In this document: piece after piece, positions 18,886-28,535 of the stretch
Position numbering within the stretch: the stretch's first letter is position 1
How the letters are laid out: every line of letters starts with the position of its first letter
Assembly: GCA_964439805.1 (NCBI GenBank)
Contig: CAYTOI010000001.1
Coordinates: forward strand, 67,573 to 131,572
DNA from: an uncultured Pseudomonadales bacterium
Lineage (GTDB): Bacteria > Patescibacteriota > Microgenomatia > UBA1400 > MFAQ01
Length of the DNA stretch: 64,000 bases
Reading direction: 5' to 3'
Notes under the pieces: model-generated
Told to the model about the DNA's origin: nothing
Seen by the model: the letters and a program-made list of their open reading frames with translations, nothing else
Databases searched by the model: none
Position numbers and translations under genes: made by a program

Positions 18886-19092
18886 ATCCACTATCTCCAC
18901 AATCTCGCTATCTCCAAAACCTTTTCTCTCTAGTCTCATCATTAAGTCCGTTGCGTTTATTGCTGGCACTTCTCCACCAGGGTATTTAAAATAAGTAAAT
19001 TTTTTCCCTGTAGTTTTTTCTTCTATTTCTTTAAACCATCCTTCAAAATGAACTCTAGTAGATTGTTCTCTCCAGTTTCTTGGTATTTCCAT
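18817..19092 (-). CDS. Small hypothetical protein (MEIPRNWRE...)
   Basis: Plausible ATG at 19092; convergent overlap with the 3' end of uppS. Confidence 0.45.
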   Translation of the reverse strand: MEIPRNWREQSTRVHFEGWFKEIEEKTTGKKFTYFKYPGGEVPAINATDLMMRLERKGFGDSEIVEIVDLFLNTVATEAAIPTSKVLERVL

Positions 19093-19140
19093 AACTTCAC
19101 AATATAGCTGCCCCTCTCTCCCATTTACTATCAATAAGTA

Positions 19141-19172
19141 GTCGTCATTGCGAACGAAGTGTGGCAATCCAG
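19141..19172 (+). repeat. GTCATT...GCAATC palindromic element
   Basis: gtcattgcgaacgaagtgtggcaatccag. Confidence 0.75.
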
Positions 19173-19185
19173 AAGATATTCAACA

Positions 19186-19218
19186 TCTTGAGATCTTGAG
19201 TTCTTGATTTCTTGAGTT
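19186..19218 (+). repeat. 8-mer tandem micro-array
   Basis: tcttgaga tcttgagt tcttgatt tcttgagt. Confidence 0.8.
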
Positions 19219-20328
19219 TTACATCTCCCTCTCAACCATGTATCTCGCTATCCCCTCCAAGTAATCTATCGCCTCACTATTCAATTTTAACTTTCTGAGT
19301 TTCTGGATTGTTTCTATAGATTTTTCATTTAAATCTCTTGCCACTTTTACAGAATAATCATACGAACCACTTTCCTTAATTGCTTTCTTTGCCAAATCAA
19401 CATCTTTTTCATTAGCTGCTTTTTTACCCCAAACTTTCATAACAGATTCCTTCTGCTCTTCCGTCCCCAATTCCAACACTTTTACAATCAGCAGTGTCAC
19501 TTTGCCTTGCAACAAATCCGAATTTGCTGATTTTCCTGTTTTTTCTTCATCACCAAACAATCCCAAGATGTCATCTTGGAGTTGAAAAGCTACTCCACCA
19601 AACTCAGAATATTCTCTCAAAACATCTTTTACCTCTTCCGACAAGTCGGCAAGTATTGCTCCAATAATTAGAGGGTTTTCGTAAGTATAAATTCCCGTTT
19701 TTGCTCTATGCAAACTCATTACTTTTTCTTCTGTCATTTCTCCTAAGTTTGGCAAACTCACATCATAAGCCTGGCCAAAAGCAGTGTTCGCTATTCCTCG
19801 GAGCATCTGTTTCATGGCTGCTATTAAGTTCTTTTCCTCAAATCCAGAGTCCAAAATTCTCTCGTATCCCAAACACAAAACCGAGTCTCCAATATTTACC
19901 GCCATCGACTCCCCAAAGTGTTTATCTTCTTTTCCAAAAAATACTTGTGTTGTCGGCTCTCCTCTTCTGACAAGATCTTCGTCCATAAAATCATCATGCA
20001 TAAGCAAAGCCGTATGAACCAATTCAACTCCTTCCGCCACCTTCCATATATCCCCACCTTTTGTCTTAAGTTCTTGATTCCTTGAGTTTTCGAGTTCTTG
20101 TAGTTTGTATCCCCAAACCACAAACCCTGCTCTCGCCCTCTTTGCCGATCTCAAATTGTGCTCCTTGGCGTGCAAAAGCATCTCTCTAACCATTTTTTTC
20201 TGAGTCTCGTTGTAACCAAAATTTTTACCCAACTCAATATCCCAATACTTTTCCAGCCTCAAATCCATATCCTTAGCCAAAGCAACTAATTTTGTTTTGG
20301 CAGATAATCCTAGTTCATTTTTTACCAT
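19219..20328 (-). CDS. Polyprenyl diphosphate synthase (IdsA/GGPPS type)
   Basis: LMHDDFMDED..RRG, GQ..D, FQLQDDIL, GK...SDL..GK.T. Confidence 0.93.
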   Translation of the reverse strand: MVKNELGLSAKTKLVALAKDMDLRLEKYWDIELGKNFGYNETQKKMVREMLLHAKEHNLRSAKRARAGFVVWGYKLQELENSRNQELKTKGGDIWKVAEGVELVHTALLMHDDFMDEDLVRRGEPTTQVFFGKEDKHFGESMAVNIGDSVLCLGYERILDSGFEEKNLIAAMKQMLRGIANTAFGQAYDVSLPNLGEMTEEKVMSLHRAKTGIYTYENPLIIGAILADLSEEVKDVLREYSEFGGVAFQLQDDILGLFGDEEKTGKSANSDLLQGKVTLLIVKVLELGTEEQKESVMKVWGKKAANEKDVDLAKKAIKESGSYDYSVKVARDLNEKSIETIQKLRKLKLNSEAIDYLEGIARYMVEREM

Positions 20329-20357
20329 TGTCTGTATTTTACTGTAAAATAGATGAT

Positions 20358-20672
20358 ATGTTTATCAAGCAAGCTTTAGCTGATTCACTCACTAGCTACT
20401 ACCCTCCATCCACAGCTTTGGGTGCTAATAAAGTAAAGCTATCATCAATTTTAAATCCACTAATCGCCAACGCCCTTATCATCTCGGGGCTTGTAGCCTT
20501 TTTTGTCATCCTTTTTGCCGGTTTTAGCTATATTTCTGGAGCTGGAGACAAAAACAAAATGGCCCAATCCACCAACATGCTTACTTACGCTATACTAGGA
20601 TTAGTTGTCGTCGCCTCCGCCTTTTTGATTACTAGGATTCTTGGCACAGTCCTCGGCTTCAAGTTTTTTTAA
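20358..20672 (+). CDS. VirB2/TrbC-like pilin 3
   Basis: GFSYISGAGDKNK; ATG 20358 preferred. Confidence 0.8.
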   Translation: MFIKQALADSLTSYYPPSTALGANKVKLSSILNPLIANALIISGLVAFFVILFAGFSYISGAGDKNKMAQSTNMLTYAILGLVVVASAFLITRILGTVLGFKFF

Positions 20673-20674
20673 AC

Positions 20675-21043
20675 ATGAATATCTTTAATCTCATCTCAAA
20701 ACCAGTTTATGCAGCCGCTGACGTAGTAGGAACAATCACCCTCCCTGCTGGTGTACCTTCCGAAGTGGTCAAAACCGGTTCATTTTTTAGTGCTATTGTT
20801 CGCTTGATGATGGTAGTTGGAGGTATTTTTACCCTTTGGCAATTTCTTTCTGGAGGTTTTGAATACATCTCTTCAGGTGGAGACAAAACAAAAATCGCCA
20901 ATGCCACCCAAAAACTTACCATGAGTGTCACAGGTTTAGTGGTCATGACGGGAAGTTTTCTGATTATTTCCATTATCAGCAAAGTTCTCTTTGGTAGTTT
21001 TACTGCTATTCTAAATCCATCATTAACACGAGTAACTCCATGA
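20675..21043 (+). CDS. VirB2/TrbC-like pilin 4
   Basis: PVYA leader, GFEYISSGGDKTK..A. Confidence 0.8.
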   Translation: MNIFNLISKPVYAAADVVGTITLPAGVPSEVVKTGSFFSAIVRLMMVVGGIFTLWQFLSGGFEYISSGGDKTKIANATQKLTMSVTGLVVMTGSFLIISIISKVLFGSFTAILNPSLTRVTP

Positions 21044-21456
21044 TTAACTTCATTAGCGGTTTTATTGTCAAGTCTGCTTATGCAATTACTGAGCCAGATA
21101 GTCCGTATATGACATCAGATGGCTCTACAAGTCTTGGGGCCATTACAGGAACTGGTCAATTCCAAAATATTCTAGGAGGACCAGAAACATTACTTGGCAA
21201 ATTCCTTTCCACCCTAATAACCACAATGACCATCTTTGGATCTCTCGCTTTTGTAGTTTATTTCAGTCTAGGAGCTCTTACCTGGATCACCGCTGGCGGA
21301 GACAAAGCAAAAATTGGATCAGCTCAAAGCCAAATGACTCAAGGGGCTGTTGGTTTAATTGCCATAGTCGCCTCTTATTTCATCATTGGCATAGTTGGCA
21401 ATGTCTTAGGACTAAATATTCTCAATCCTATTAAAATGTTAAATTTAATTAACTAA
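21040..21456 (+). CDS. VirB2/TrbC-like pilin 5
   Basis: SAYA leader, GALTWITAGGDKAK. Confidence 0.8.
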   Translation: MINFISGFIVKSAYAITEPDSPYMTSDGSTSLGAITGTGQFQNILGGPETLLGKFLSTLITTMTIFGSLAFVVYFSLGALTWITAGGDKAKIGSAQSQMTQGAVGLIAIVASYFIIGIVGNVLGLNILNPIKMLNLIN

Positions 21457-21457
21457 A

Positions 21458-21778
21458 ATGGACGAAATTGTAAACAACGCGATTCCTGCAACTGCCTTAT
21501 CCAAAGGTTATGGTGGAGGTCTTGCTTTTTATATCGCCACTCTCTGGAAAACCGTAGTCACAGTTGGAGGTCTCGCTTTTATCATCTACCTCGTCTGGGG
21601 TGGCATAGAGTATCTCACTTCAGGTGGTGACAAAAATAAAATCGCCGACGCCACAACAAAAATAACCAGCTCTGTTATAGGTGTAGCTATACTCGTAGCC
21701 TCTTATGCCATCACCCTCTTCATCCAAGGTGTCTTCAAAATTAATATCCTTAACCCCATCTTTCCTAATAATCTATGA
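21458..21778 (+). CDS. VirB2/TrbC-like pilin 6
   Basis: GGIEYLTSGGDKNK..A. Confidence 0.8.
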   Translation: MDEIVNNAIPATALSKGYGGGLAFYIATLWKTVVTVGGLAFIIYLVWGGIEYLTSGGDKNKIADATTKITSSVIGVAILVASYAITLFIQGVFKINILNPIFPNNL

Positions 21779-22095
21779 ACAACACTAGTGTAAACATTGG
21801 CGCAGAAACAGCTGGTTTTTTTGGCTACACTTGTATTGGTCACCTAGTCAGCAATCTCGTCGCTGCAGCCTTTATCATTGCAGGAGTTGCCTTTTTTGTT
21901 TATTTGGTTTGGGGCGGAATTCAATATCTCACCTCCGGAGGAGACAAAACTGGTACTGGAGATGCTCAAAAAAAGATTGCCGCTGCTTTTATCGGCCTCA
22001 CCATTGTTGCTTCCAGTTGGGCTGTTTATCAGCTAGTTATCTACTTCTTTGGAATCAACTTGAACAGTTTGTGCACAGCTAACCCAGTCGGTTAA
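21775..22095 (+). CDS. VirB2/TrbC-like pilin 7
   Basis: GGIQYLTSGGDK. Confidence 0.8.
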   Translation: MNNTSVNIGAETAGFFGYTCIGHLVSNLVAAAFIIAGVAFFVYLVWGGIQYLTSGGDKTGTGDAQKKIAAAFIGLTIVASSWAVYQLVIYFFGINLNSLCTANPVG

Positions 22096-22145
22096 AATGT
22101 AATATAATATAGATATAGCAATTATTAATTTATAAACACAAAAAT

Positions 22146-22490
22146 ATGTCCCTAATCCCCCAAGTCTACGCTGCTGCAAGTGGAACCATAGGTATTCCTC
22201 AACCATCAGGTATGAAAATCACCGATATTGGTGTCCTTATTTCTAGAACCATTTCTGTCGTCTTTATTATCGCTGGTATTATGACCTTTGGATACTTAGT
22301 TATGGGTGGTATCACCTGGCTCACCGCCGGTGGAGACAAAGCCAATACCGAAAAAGCCAGAGCTATCATCACCAATGCTGTCATCGGTCTTGCCATTATC
22401 GCCGCTTCCTGGGCTCTAATGAAACTCATCTCCTACTTCCTTGGAGTTGACGTCTTCGAAGGCAATATCAATATCCCCAAGCCTTACTAG
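22146..22490 (+). CDS. VirB2/TrbC-like pilin 8
   Basis: PQVYA leader, GGITWLTAGGDK...A...ITNAVIGL. Confidence 0.82.
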   Translation: MSLIPQVYAAASGTIGIPQPSGMKITDIGVLISRTISVVFIIAGIMTFGYLVMGGITWLTAGGDKANTEKARAIITNAVIGLAIIAASWALMKLISYFLGVDVFEGNINIPKPY

Positions 22491-22526
22491 TCATTGCAAA
22501 CCGCCCATGGCGGTGTGGCAATCCAG
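22490..22526 (+). repeat. GTCATT...GCAATC palindromic element
   Basis: gtcattgcaaaccgcccatggcggtgtggcaatccag. Confidence 0.75.
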
Positions 22527-22527
22527 T

Positions 22528-22556
22528 AAAAAATCCTCCGAATGGAGGATTTTTTA
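22528..22556 (+). terminator. Intrinsic terminator after pilin 8
   Basis: aaaaaatcctcc-gaat-ggaggatttttt. Confidence 0.75.
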
Positions 22557-22573
22557 TACAAACAAACTCACCA

Positions 22574-22608
22574 TCTTGAGTTTTTGAGTTCTTGAGTTTT
22601 TGAGTTCT
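22574..22608 (+). repeat. 8-mer tandem micro-array
   Basis: tcttgagt ttttgagt tcttgagt ttttgagt tct. Confidence 0.8.
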
Positions 22609-22629
22609 ATATTATTGTAAAATAAAACC

Positions 22630-22986
22630 ATGTCTTTCAATTTTATTCCTCAAGCACACGCAGCCGGTTTTACAGCAGGTGATCAATGGCAAGGTGCCGG
22701 ATGTGCTCAAGATGGAGTCGCCACCATAGGCGGAATTCAGTGTCTAATTGGTAATGTTTTAGTTATCATTCCTTCAATGTTAGTATTGGCCGCTGTGGGA
22801 ATGATTATCTTTGCTGGTATAAAAATAATTAATGCTGGGGCAGACACAAAAGCTTACGCAGCAGGCTGGAATACTTTTTACTACGCCGCCATCGGTTTGG
22901 TACTTCTTTCTGTCGTTTGGTTTGTAATAGTCTTAATCCAAAACTACACCGGAACAAACATTACCGAATTTGGAATTCCAAATTAA
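22630..22986 (+). CDS. VirB2/TrbC-like pilin 9
   Basis: PQAHA leader, C..DGVAT..G..C, two TMs. Confidence 0.8.
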   Translation: MSFNFIPQAHAAGFTAGDQWQGAGCAQDGVATIGGIQCLIGNVLVIIPSMLVLAAVGMIIFAGIKIINAGADTKAYAAGWNTFYYAAIGLVLLSVVWFVIVLIQNYTGTNITEFGIPN

Positions 22987-22988
22987 CC

Positions 22989-25900
22989 GTGAAAAAGTCA
23001 CTAATAATTTTCTTCTTAATTATTTTTGATTGCCTAATAATCTTTCAGCACAACAAGCTCGTCTTCGCCGCTCAAGAAGTTACAAATCCAAACCCAACCC
23101 CAACATCTTCCACGTATCAACCAACTTCAATCAATGCCCCCCAAAACCCCGCTCCACCACTAATAGGTAATACTCCATGTGGCAACACTGTGTGTCTAGA
23201 AAATGAGGTTTGTGTTATGTACCCTGCAGACAAAGACGAACACTGTGTTCCTGTAGATATTGACCCTTCCGCAATTAGCGCTGATCCAATAAAAAACAAA
23301 CTTGAGGACTGTAATAAATTAATTGGCAACAATCAGTCAGTATTTCCTCCAAACTCAAAATGTTGGAATAATACCGTCATGGTTCAAAGCGACCTTAGTA
23401 AGTTTGACAAAACCTGCATCTACCAACCAGTAATTAAATATACAGACACAAGATACTTAAAAACAAAGGGAAGTGTTCCTGGCTTTGAAGAATGTGGAAA
23501 TGGCAACAACCCTTTTGGAGGTAGCCCTCCAGGCGACAGCAAACAAGACAAGTGTTATGTGGGAGTACTTGTCTACACTGATGTTAGAGATGCCACTCTC
23601 GGAAGCTACGGACCAGATGAAAAAACCATTCAAGAAAATTCAGGAGATTATTTAGCACAAAATTATTTATACAACTCACTTTTTGGACGTCCCAACACTA
23701 CAGTTGGAGCAAATAAGGAATCATATCGCACATATTGGCGCCTTATTCCTGCAGAAAATCAAGCCAATCTTCGTTCATTTACTCTAAATATGAGCAAGCA
23801 GGGATTGATGGAAAATACCAATTTTGAGTTTGATGGCAAATCAGAAAAAACAGATTTAGTAGATCTATATGACCAATTAAGCAAACAAATTACTGTTTTT
23901 TTACACCCTCCTTTTATTAGAATTGGTTGCTTAACAGATTATCCAGTATGTCCAGAATTTGCCAAGGCTATATCTGACTTTAACACCCCAGTTTCTGACA
24001 CAATTGCTTTTGTTAACAATTTCCCCTTTCCCATTGTCCTAGAGGAAGTATTAAATTATTTTGGTTCCATTACAGATGACACAAATCAAAAACTGGCTAC
24101 AAAATACTCCTCTTTCGTTCCATTGGATTTTAGTAGCGTTAGAAGTTATATTTTTCGCAAACCAACCGAAGAAACCGAGTCAAAAATCTACAACGGCGAA
24201 CTCGATGGGCTTTCTTCCTTTAATGGCAAACTTGTAGACGGTCTTAACCAGCCCAGGTATGGAACAAACAAACCTTTGTTAAACAGTATAACTTCAGAGT
24301 CAACTCCTTACGTAGGAGCCATTTATCAAGGACTTATGTCTCCAAAATTTGGACTAATCAACTCTCTTCACCCTCAATGGCTGATAGAAACATATACAAA
24401 CCCAGAAGAAAGTGTTTTGTACGATTACAGTGCAGGCAACACACCGTCCGATTATCCAGAAGTAAAAATTGCCAAAAAAAATCTTATAGAAAGAGCAATT
24501 AGTGAAGCTAAATTGTTACTAAAAAACCCTCTCAGCTGGGCTGCAGATATTTTGTTGGGTAACAAAAATTTTAACGAATTCAATGACACTGCTTTATTAC
24601 CAAAAGGATACAACGAACCTAGAGTTGAGAATAAAAAAACTGATGTAAAAAACTATTACCAAAATATGCTAGATTGCCCCCTTCCTGTTAGTTATCATAT
24701 ATCCGCTCCATTTACCGCAAACTTAAGCAAGGATCCTTTGAAAAGTGTTTCCAAAGACGATCATCATCAGGTTATATATATTAGGGGAAACAACGTAAAG
24801 TGGGATTTTGATCCAGAAAAATGGGAAATTGTGGAGGATAAAGTAGATCCAAAAACAGGTATTACCTATCAAGTAGTCAATCGATGTCCCAAAAACGATG
24901 AACATTTTCAAAAAGATGGAGAACCAAACACCTGTTATAAAAGAAGGTGGCAATTAACAGCCATAGAAAAAGGGAACGCCTTAACCGTTTTAAACAATCC
25001 AAAACAATCTGACATCAAAAAATCAGTTGTTTCTGAGGCCAAATTTTCTTTATACAATACACTTCTCCCTTCAACCCTATCTGTAAAAAAAATCACAGAG
25101 GCAAATATTGACGCTCCAATAGCCAGAAATTTTGTATCTCAAAATGGAGGTGGAGACGCAGTAGGACCAGCCGGTGAAGCTGAGATGCTAAATCCCGCTG
25201 AACCAATAAACAGAGTTAATAATTTTGCTCAAGATTCTGTTCACCTCCTCCAAAACTGTTGGTCTGTTCCAGATAATCTCCAAAATTCACCACGCTGCAA
25301 AATTGCCCTTACAGACGCTTCAGCCAGTGCTTGTACAGGTGAAAAATTCAAAGAATTAATTGGAGACAATAATTTAAATATTAGTGAAAAAGGAAAACAA
25401 CTCTATTCTCTAGTTGAGTCAAAACTAACAGACGATCTTATCACTGCCTATGCTGAAGCCGAAAAACAAACAGGTGTACCCTGTGAAGTTCTCGCTGGTA
25501 TTCACTACCGAGAGGCTGATAACAGCCCCACTCAAGACCTGCAAAGCGGTGCTCCTCTAGGAGGAAGATCACTCACGGAATCTGCCATACAAGCTGCCAA
25601 TGAACTTTTAGGTAAAGCTGGTGGAAAAATTGGTGATATAGATACTCTCATAAAAGCTTTATCTTGGTATAACGGTGGTGGAAACGCCAACTGTCAACCC
25701 ACAACTAGTTGCTCTGCTATCAAAAACAATCGATGTGGAAGCAAGGTTGCTTGCGACAATCTCCCTTCAACAGCTACTAGCGCAGAAGTAAAATCTGCTT
25801 GTAGTTGTGGTGTAGAAGCCGGATCTTGCCGAAGTCAATGCAATTCAGGCTACCCATTCCTAATCCCCACTTCACCAGGGCTTTGTCCTCCCCCTTCAAT

Positions 25901-26102
25901 AGGCTACGACGACCCCTACGTAGTAGAACTCTGGAAAAAACAACACGAAAAAATGTATGTTCTCTATCAATACGACTGTACCCAAACTCCTCCAATAAAC
26001 CAAAACAGACTAGGAACCTTTACCTTTGCAGTTAGTTTTTATCAATCAAACGCAGATCCTTCTAGTGGACCAAGTACTGCTGTTCCAGCACAAGCCCAAT
26101 GA
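22989..26102 (+). CDS. Large secreted Cys-rich protein with C-terminal lysozyme-like domain
   Basis: GTG start, signal peptide; YAEAEKQTGVPCEVLAGIHYRE and LSWYNG resemble SLT/GH23 motifs. Confidence 0.7.
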   Translation: MKKSLIIFFLIIFDCLIIFQHNKLVFAAQEVTNPNPTPTSSTYQPTSINAPQNPAPPLIGNTPCGNTVCLENEVCVMYPADKDEHCVPVDIDPSAISADPIKNKLEDCNKLIGNNQSVFPPNSKCWNNTVMVQSDLSKFDKTCIYQPVIKYTDTRYLKTKGSVPGFEECGNGNNPFGGSPPGDSKQDKCYVGVLVYTDVRDATLGSYGPDEKTIQENSGDYLAQNYLYNSLFGRPNTTVGANKESYRTYWRLIPAENQANLRSFTLNMSKQGLMENTNFEFDGKSEKTDLVDLYDQLSKQITVFLHPPFIRIGCLTDYPVCPEFAKAISDFNTPVSDTIAFVNNFPFPIVLEEVLNYFGSITDDTNQKLATKYSSFVPLDFSSVRSYIFRKPTEETESKIYNGELDGLSSFNGKLVDGLNQPRYGTNKPLLNSITSESTPYVGAIYQGLMSPKFGLINSLHPQWLIETYTNPEESVLYDYSAGNTPSDYPEVKIAKKNLIERAISEAKLLLKNPLSWAADILLGNKNFNEFNDTALLPKGYNEPRVENKKTDVKNYYQNMLDCPLPVSYHISAPFTANLSKDPLKSVSKDDHHQVIYIRGNNVKWDFDPEKWEIVEDKVDPKTGITYQVVNRCPKNDEHFQKDGEPNTCYKRRWQLTAIEKGNALTVLNNPKQSDIKKSVVSEAKFSLYNTLLPSTLSVKKITEANIDAPIARNFVSQNGGGDAVGPAGEAEMLNPAEPINRVNNFAQDSVHLLQNCWSVPDNLQNSPRCKIALTDASASACTGEKFKELIGDNNLNISEKGKQLYSLVESKLTDDLITAYAEAEKQTGVPCEVLAGIHYREADNSPTQDLQSGAPLGGRSLTESAIQAANELLGKAGGKIGDIDTLIKALSWYNGGGNANCQPTTSCSAIKNNRCGSKVACDNLPSTATSAEVKSACSCGVEAGSCRSQCNSGYPFLIPTSPGLCPPPSIGYDDPYVVELWKKQHEKMYVLYQYDCTQTPPINQNRLGTFTFAVSFYQSNADPSSGPSTAVPAQAQ

Positions 26103-26668
26103 AAAAATACTACAAAATAATTATTTCAATATTTTTTGTATTTATTATTATCTTTATGACTTTTTGGTTAACAAAACCAAAAGACTCAAAAAACTTTTTT
26201 ATAAACTCGGTTCCTTTTTTAAGCAATGACAGCAACAAACTCCCTACTCCTACCCCCACAGAATCATTTAATGGTAGTGGAATACCAGCTCAAACAAACT
26301 ACAAAAAAGTAGCTGACCAAATAACTAGTGAAGTTTCATCAATTGAAAAAGAAAAAATAATTGATATCCTCCCAGTCAGAATTAACAATTTCGATTCTGG
26401 AACACAAATAAAAACAACCATCAATGTTTTTACCTTAGCGTCAGACCCTCCCCAATCAGTTAGAATAGAAATTTACGGACCAAACTTCAACAACTCTAGC
26501 TTGACCAGTCAAGACGCCTTTGCCTTCAAAAATTCTTTCAATGAAATTAAAAAGGTGTTTGCAAAAAACAATGTAAATCTTAATAATCTTCAAATTATCT
26601 ACGGCAATCGCCAATATATCCAAGATACGGCCACTTTCTGGGTAAAAGAATTCAAACTTCTAGACTAA
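26099..26668 (+). CDS. Membrane-anchored hypothetical protein
   Basis: N-terminal TM, PTPTPT linker; ATGA overlap with the upstream gene. Confidence 0.7.
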   Translation: MKKYYKIIISIFFVFIIIFMTFWLTKPKDSKNFFINSVPFLSNDSNKLPTPTPTESFNGSGIPAQTNYKKVADQITSEVSSIEKEKIIDILPVRINNFDSGTQIKTTINVFTLASDPPQSVRIEIYGPNFNNSSLTSQDAFAFKNSFNEIKKVFAKNNVNLNNLQIIYGNRQYIQDTATFWVKEFKLLD

Positions 26669-26693
26669 AATCTAGTATAATTTTCTCTAGTAT

Positions 26694-28421
26694 ATGCAGT
26701 ATTTCCGCAAACACCTAGCCCTCATTTTTTCTTTGTCTTTTTTCCTGTTCTCCTTCCTCACCCTCCTCCCCACCCCCTCCCATGCAGAAATTGACGCAGC
26801 AAGTATCGCAACCTGGATGACAAACTTTCCAAAAGATAATCCTTGGGCTCTAGCAAAAGAATTTTGCGACAAACGCAATGGAGATCTTATGAACCTTGAA
26901 ACTTGGTATTCGGGAAAATGTGGAAAAGATATAAATTCAAAAAGCGGTGAAGGAGTTGGCTTTGTAGATATTGTTATATTACAAGGTTATGAGTGGTTGT
27001 TTAGACCTCAAACAAAATCATTACCAGAACAAATGATAGACAATTTAAAAGACCTAGAAACAATTAGGGAAAAAATTACATATCAGAATTATAAGGAAAA
27101 ACTTGCAGAATTAGCCTTGAAACAATCAAAAAACAAGGATATTATTTCAAGCTTAGAACAGGCTACAAAAAATGTAATTACCACCCAGCCAGTTAGCAGT
27201 GTGGACTACCTTGCATATGTTGGTAACAACTTAAAGAAAAACCATGTTGTTGATTCAGCTTATGCAGCAACTCCAGGTTATGGTTTTGGCGGATTAGCAC
27301 CAATTCTCCCCATTTGGAAAGCCTTCAGAAACATTGCTTATATGCTTTTCGCAATAGCTTTTGTAATGTACGGAGTAATGATTATGTTTCGAATTCGAGT
27401 GGATGGTAAAACAGCAGCCACAATAACATTGGCAATACCAAAGTTAATTACAACCCTTTTATTAATAACTTTCTCTTATGCCATTGTGGGCTTATTGGTA
27501 GATTTATCTACTGTTGCAAGTGCATTACTTATTGATGTCTTAAGGGTTGGAAAAATAATAAAAGACCCAATAGAAGGTGTTGTAAGGGGTTCAAGCGGAC
27601 TTGGGAGCTGGGGAATGATAGGATCTTTTTTAATAAATACGCTATCTTCCATAATAATTTCTCCCTTTATTGTTTTTAATCTATTACTTGGAGGTTTTTT
27701 TAGTGCTACTTGGGCTTGGGTTGGTATAGTTTTAAGTCTAGCTACGGGTATTGGAGAAGCAATAGCAATTATACTTGTGATTGCAGTTATCTGGTCTTAT
27801 ATAAAATTAATTCTTAAACTCTTTCAGTCATACTTATCAATAATTGTAAGTTTGGTCTTTAGTCCAATAATTCTTCTTGGAAATGTAATGCCAGGATCAA
27901 AGGCGTTCTCTGGCTGGATAATGGGAATATTAGGCAACCTTTCAACTTTTCCCGCAGCAGCCTTTTTGCTCACCCTATCATATGCTCTTATGATGCAACC
28001 GGTAGTCAATGCCTTCCCCAATGCTAATTTGGGTGTTGTATCATTGGCCCCATCAGGAGGAAATGGTTGGACAACAGCTGCTGGTACTGGTACAAACATG
28101 TGGGCACCCCAAATAGTAGTACCTCAAGGAGGTGGACTGGGTGATTTAATGCTAGCCACCATAGGTATTGGCCTTCTTCTCATGTCTAGTAAATATGTTG
28201 ATATGGTACTTAAAGCGTTCAACACCCCACCATTCCCCTATGGAGCTGCAATAGGCGACGCGCTTAAATATGGATACTCTCAAGCCAGTGATCCAAACAG
28301 TTCTTACAGAACATCTAAATTTGGAAATCGTGCAAATGCTGTAACTGAGGGACTTTACAATATAGGCCCAAAAAGGCTAACTGGAAACACAATTTGGCAG
28401 GACACAAAAGGCATGTTCTAA
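26694..28421 (+). CDS. VirB6/TrbL-like polytopic membrane protein
   Basis: WKAFRNIAY, IPKLI..LLLITFSYAI.GL..D, many TMs, T4SS context. Confidence 0.7.
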   Translation: MQYFRKHLALIFSLSFFLFSFLTLLPTPSHAEIDAASIATWMTNFPKDNPWALAKEFCDKRNGDLMNLETWYSGKCGKDINSKSGEGVGFVDIVILQGYEWLFRPQTKSLPEQMIDNLKDLETIREKITYQNYKEKLAELALKQSKNKDIISSLEQATKNVITTQPVSSVDYLAYVGNNLKKNHVVDSAYAATPGYGFGGLAPILPIWKAFRNIAYMLFAIAFVMYGVMIMFRIRVDGKTAATITLAIPKLITTLLLITFSYAIVGLLVDLSTVASALLIDVLRVGKIIKDPIEGVVRGSSGLGSWGMIGSFLINTLSSIIISPFIVFNLLLGGFFSATWAWVGIVLSLATGIGEAIAIILVIAVIWSYIKLILKLFQSYLSIIVSLVFSPIILLGNVMPGSKAFSGWIMGILGNLSTFPAAAFLLTLSYALMMQPVVNAFPNANLGVVSLAPSGGNGWTTAAGTGTNMWAPQIVVPQGGGLGDLMLATIGIGLLLMSSKYVDMVLKAFNTPPFPYGAAIGDALKYGYSQASDPNSSYRTSKFGNRANAVTEGLYNIGPKRLTGNTIWQDTKGMF

Positions 28422-28535
28422 TTCTCAAAATAACACAATTTTAGAATTCTTTTTTTGGTAAATTAAATTTATACTAAGAAAGATATTTTTCAGTCTAAAA
28501 CAACAAAAATTAGCACACGATACATCAAATACCGA

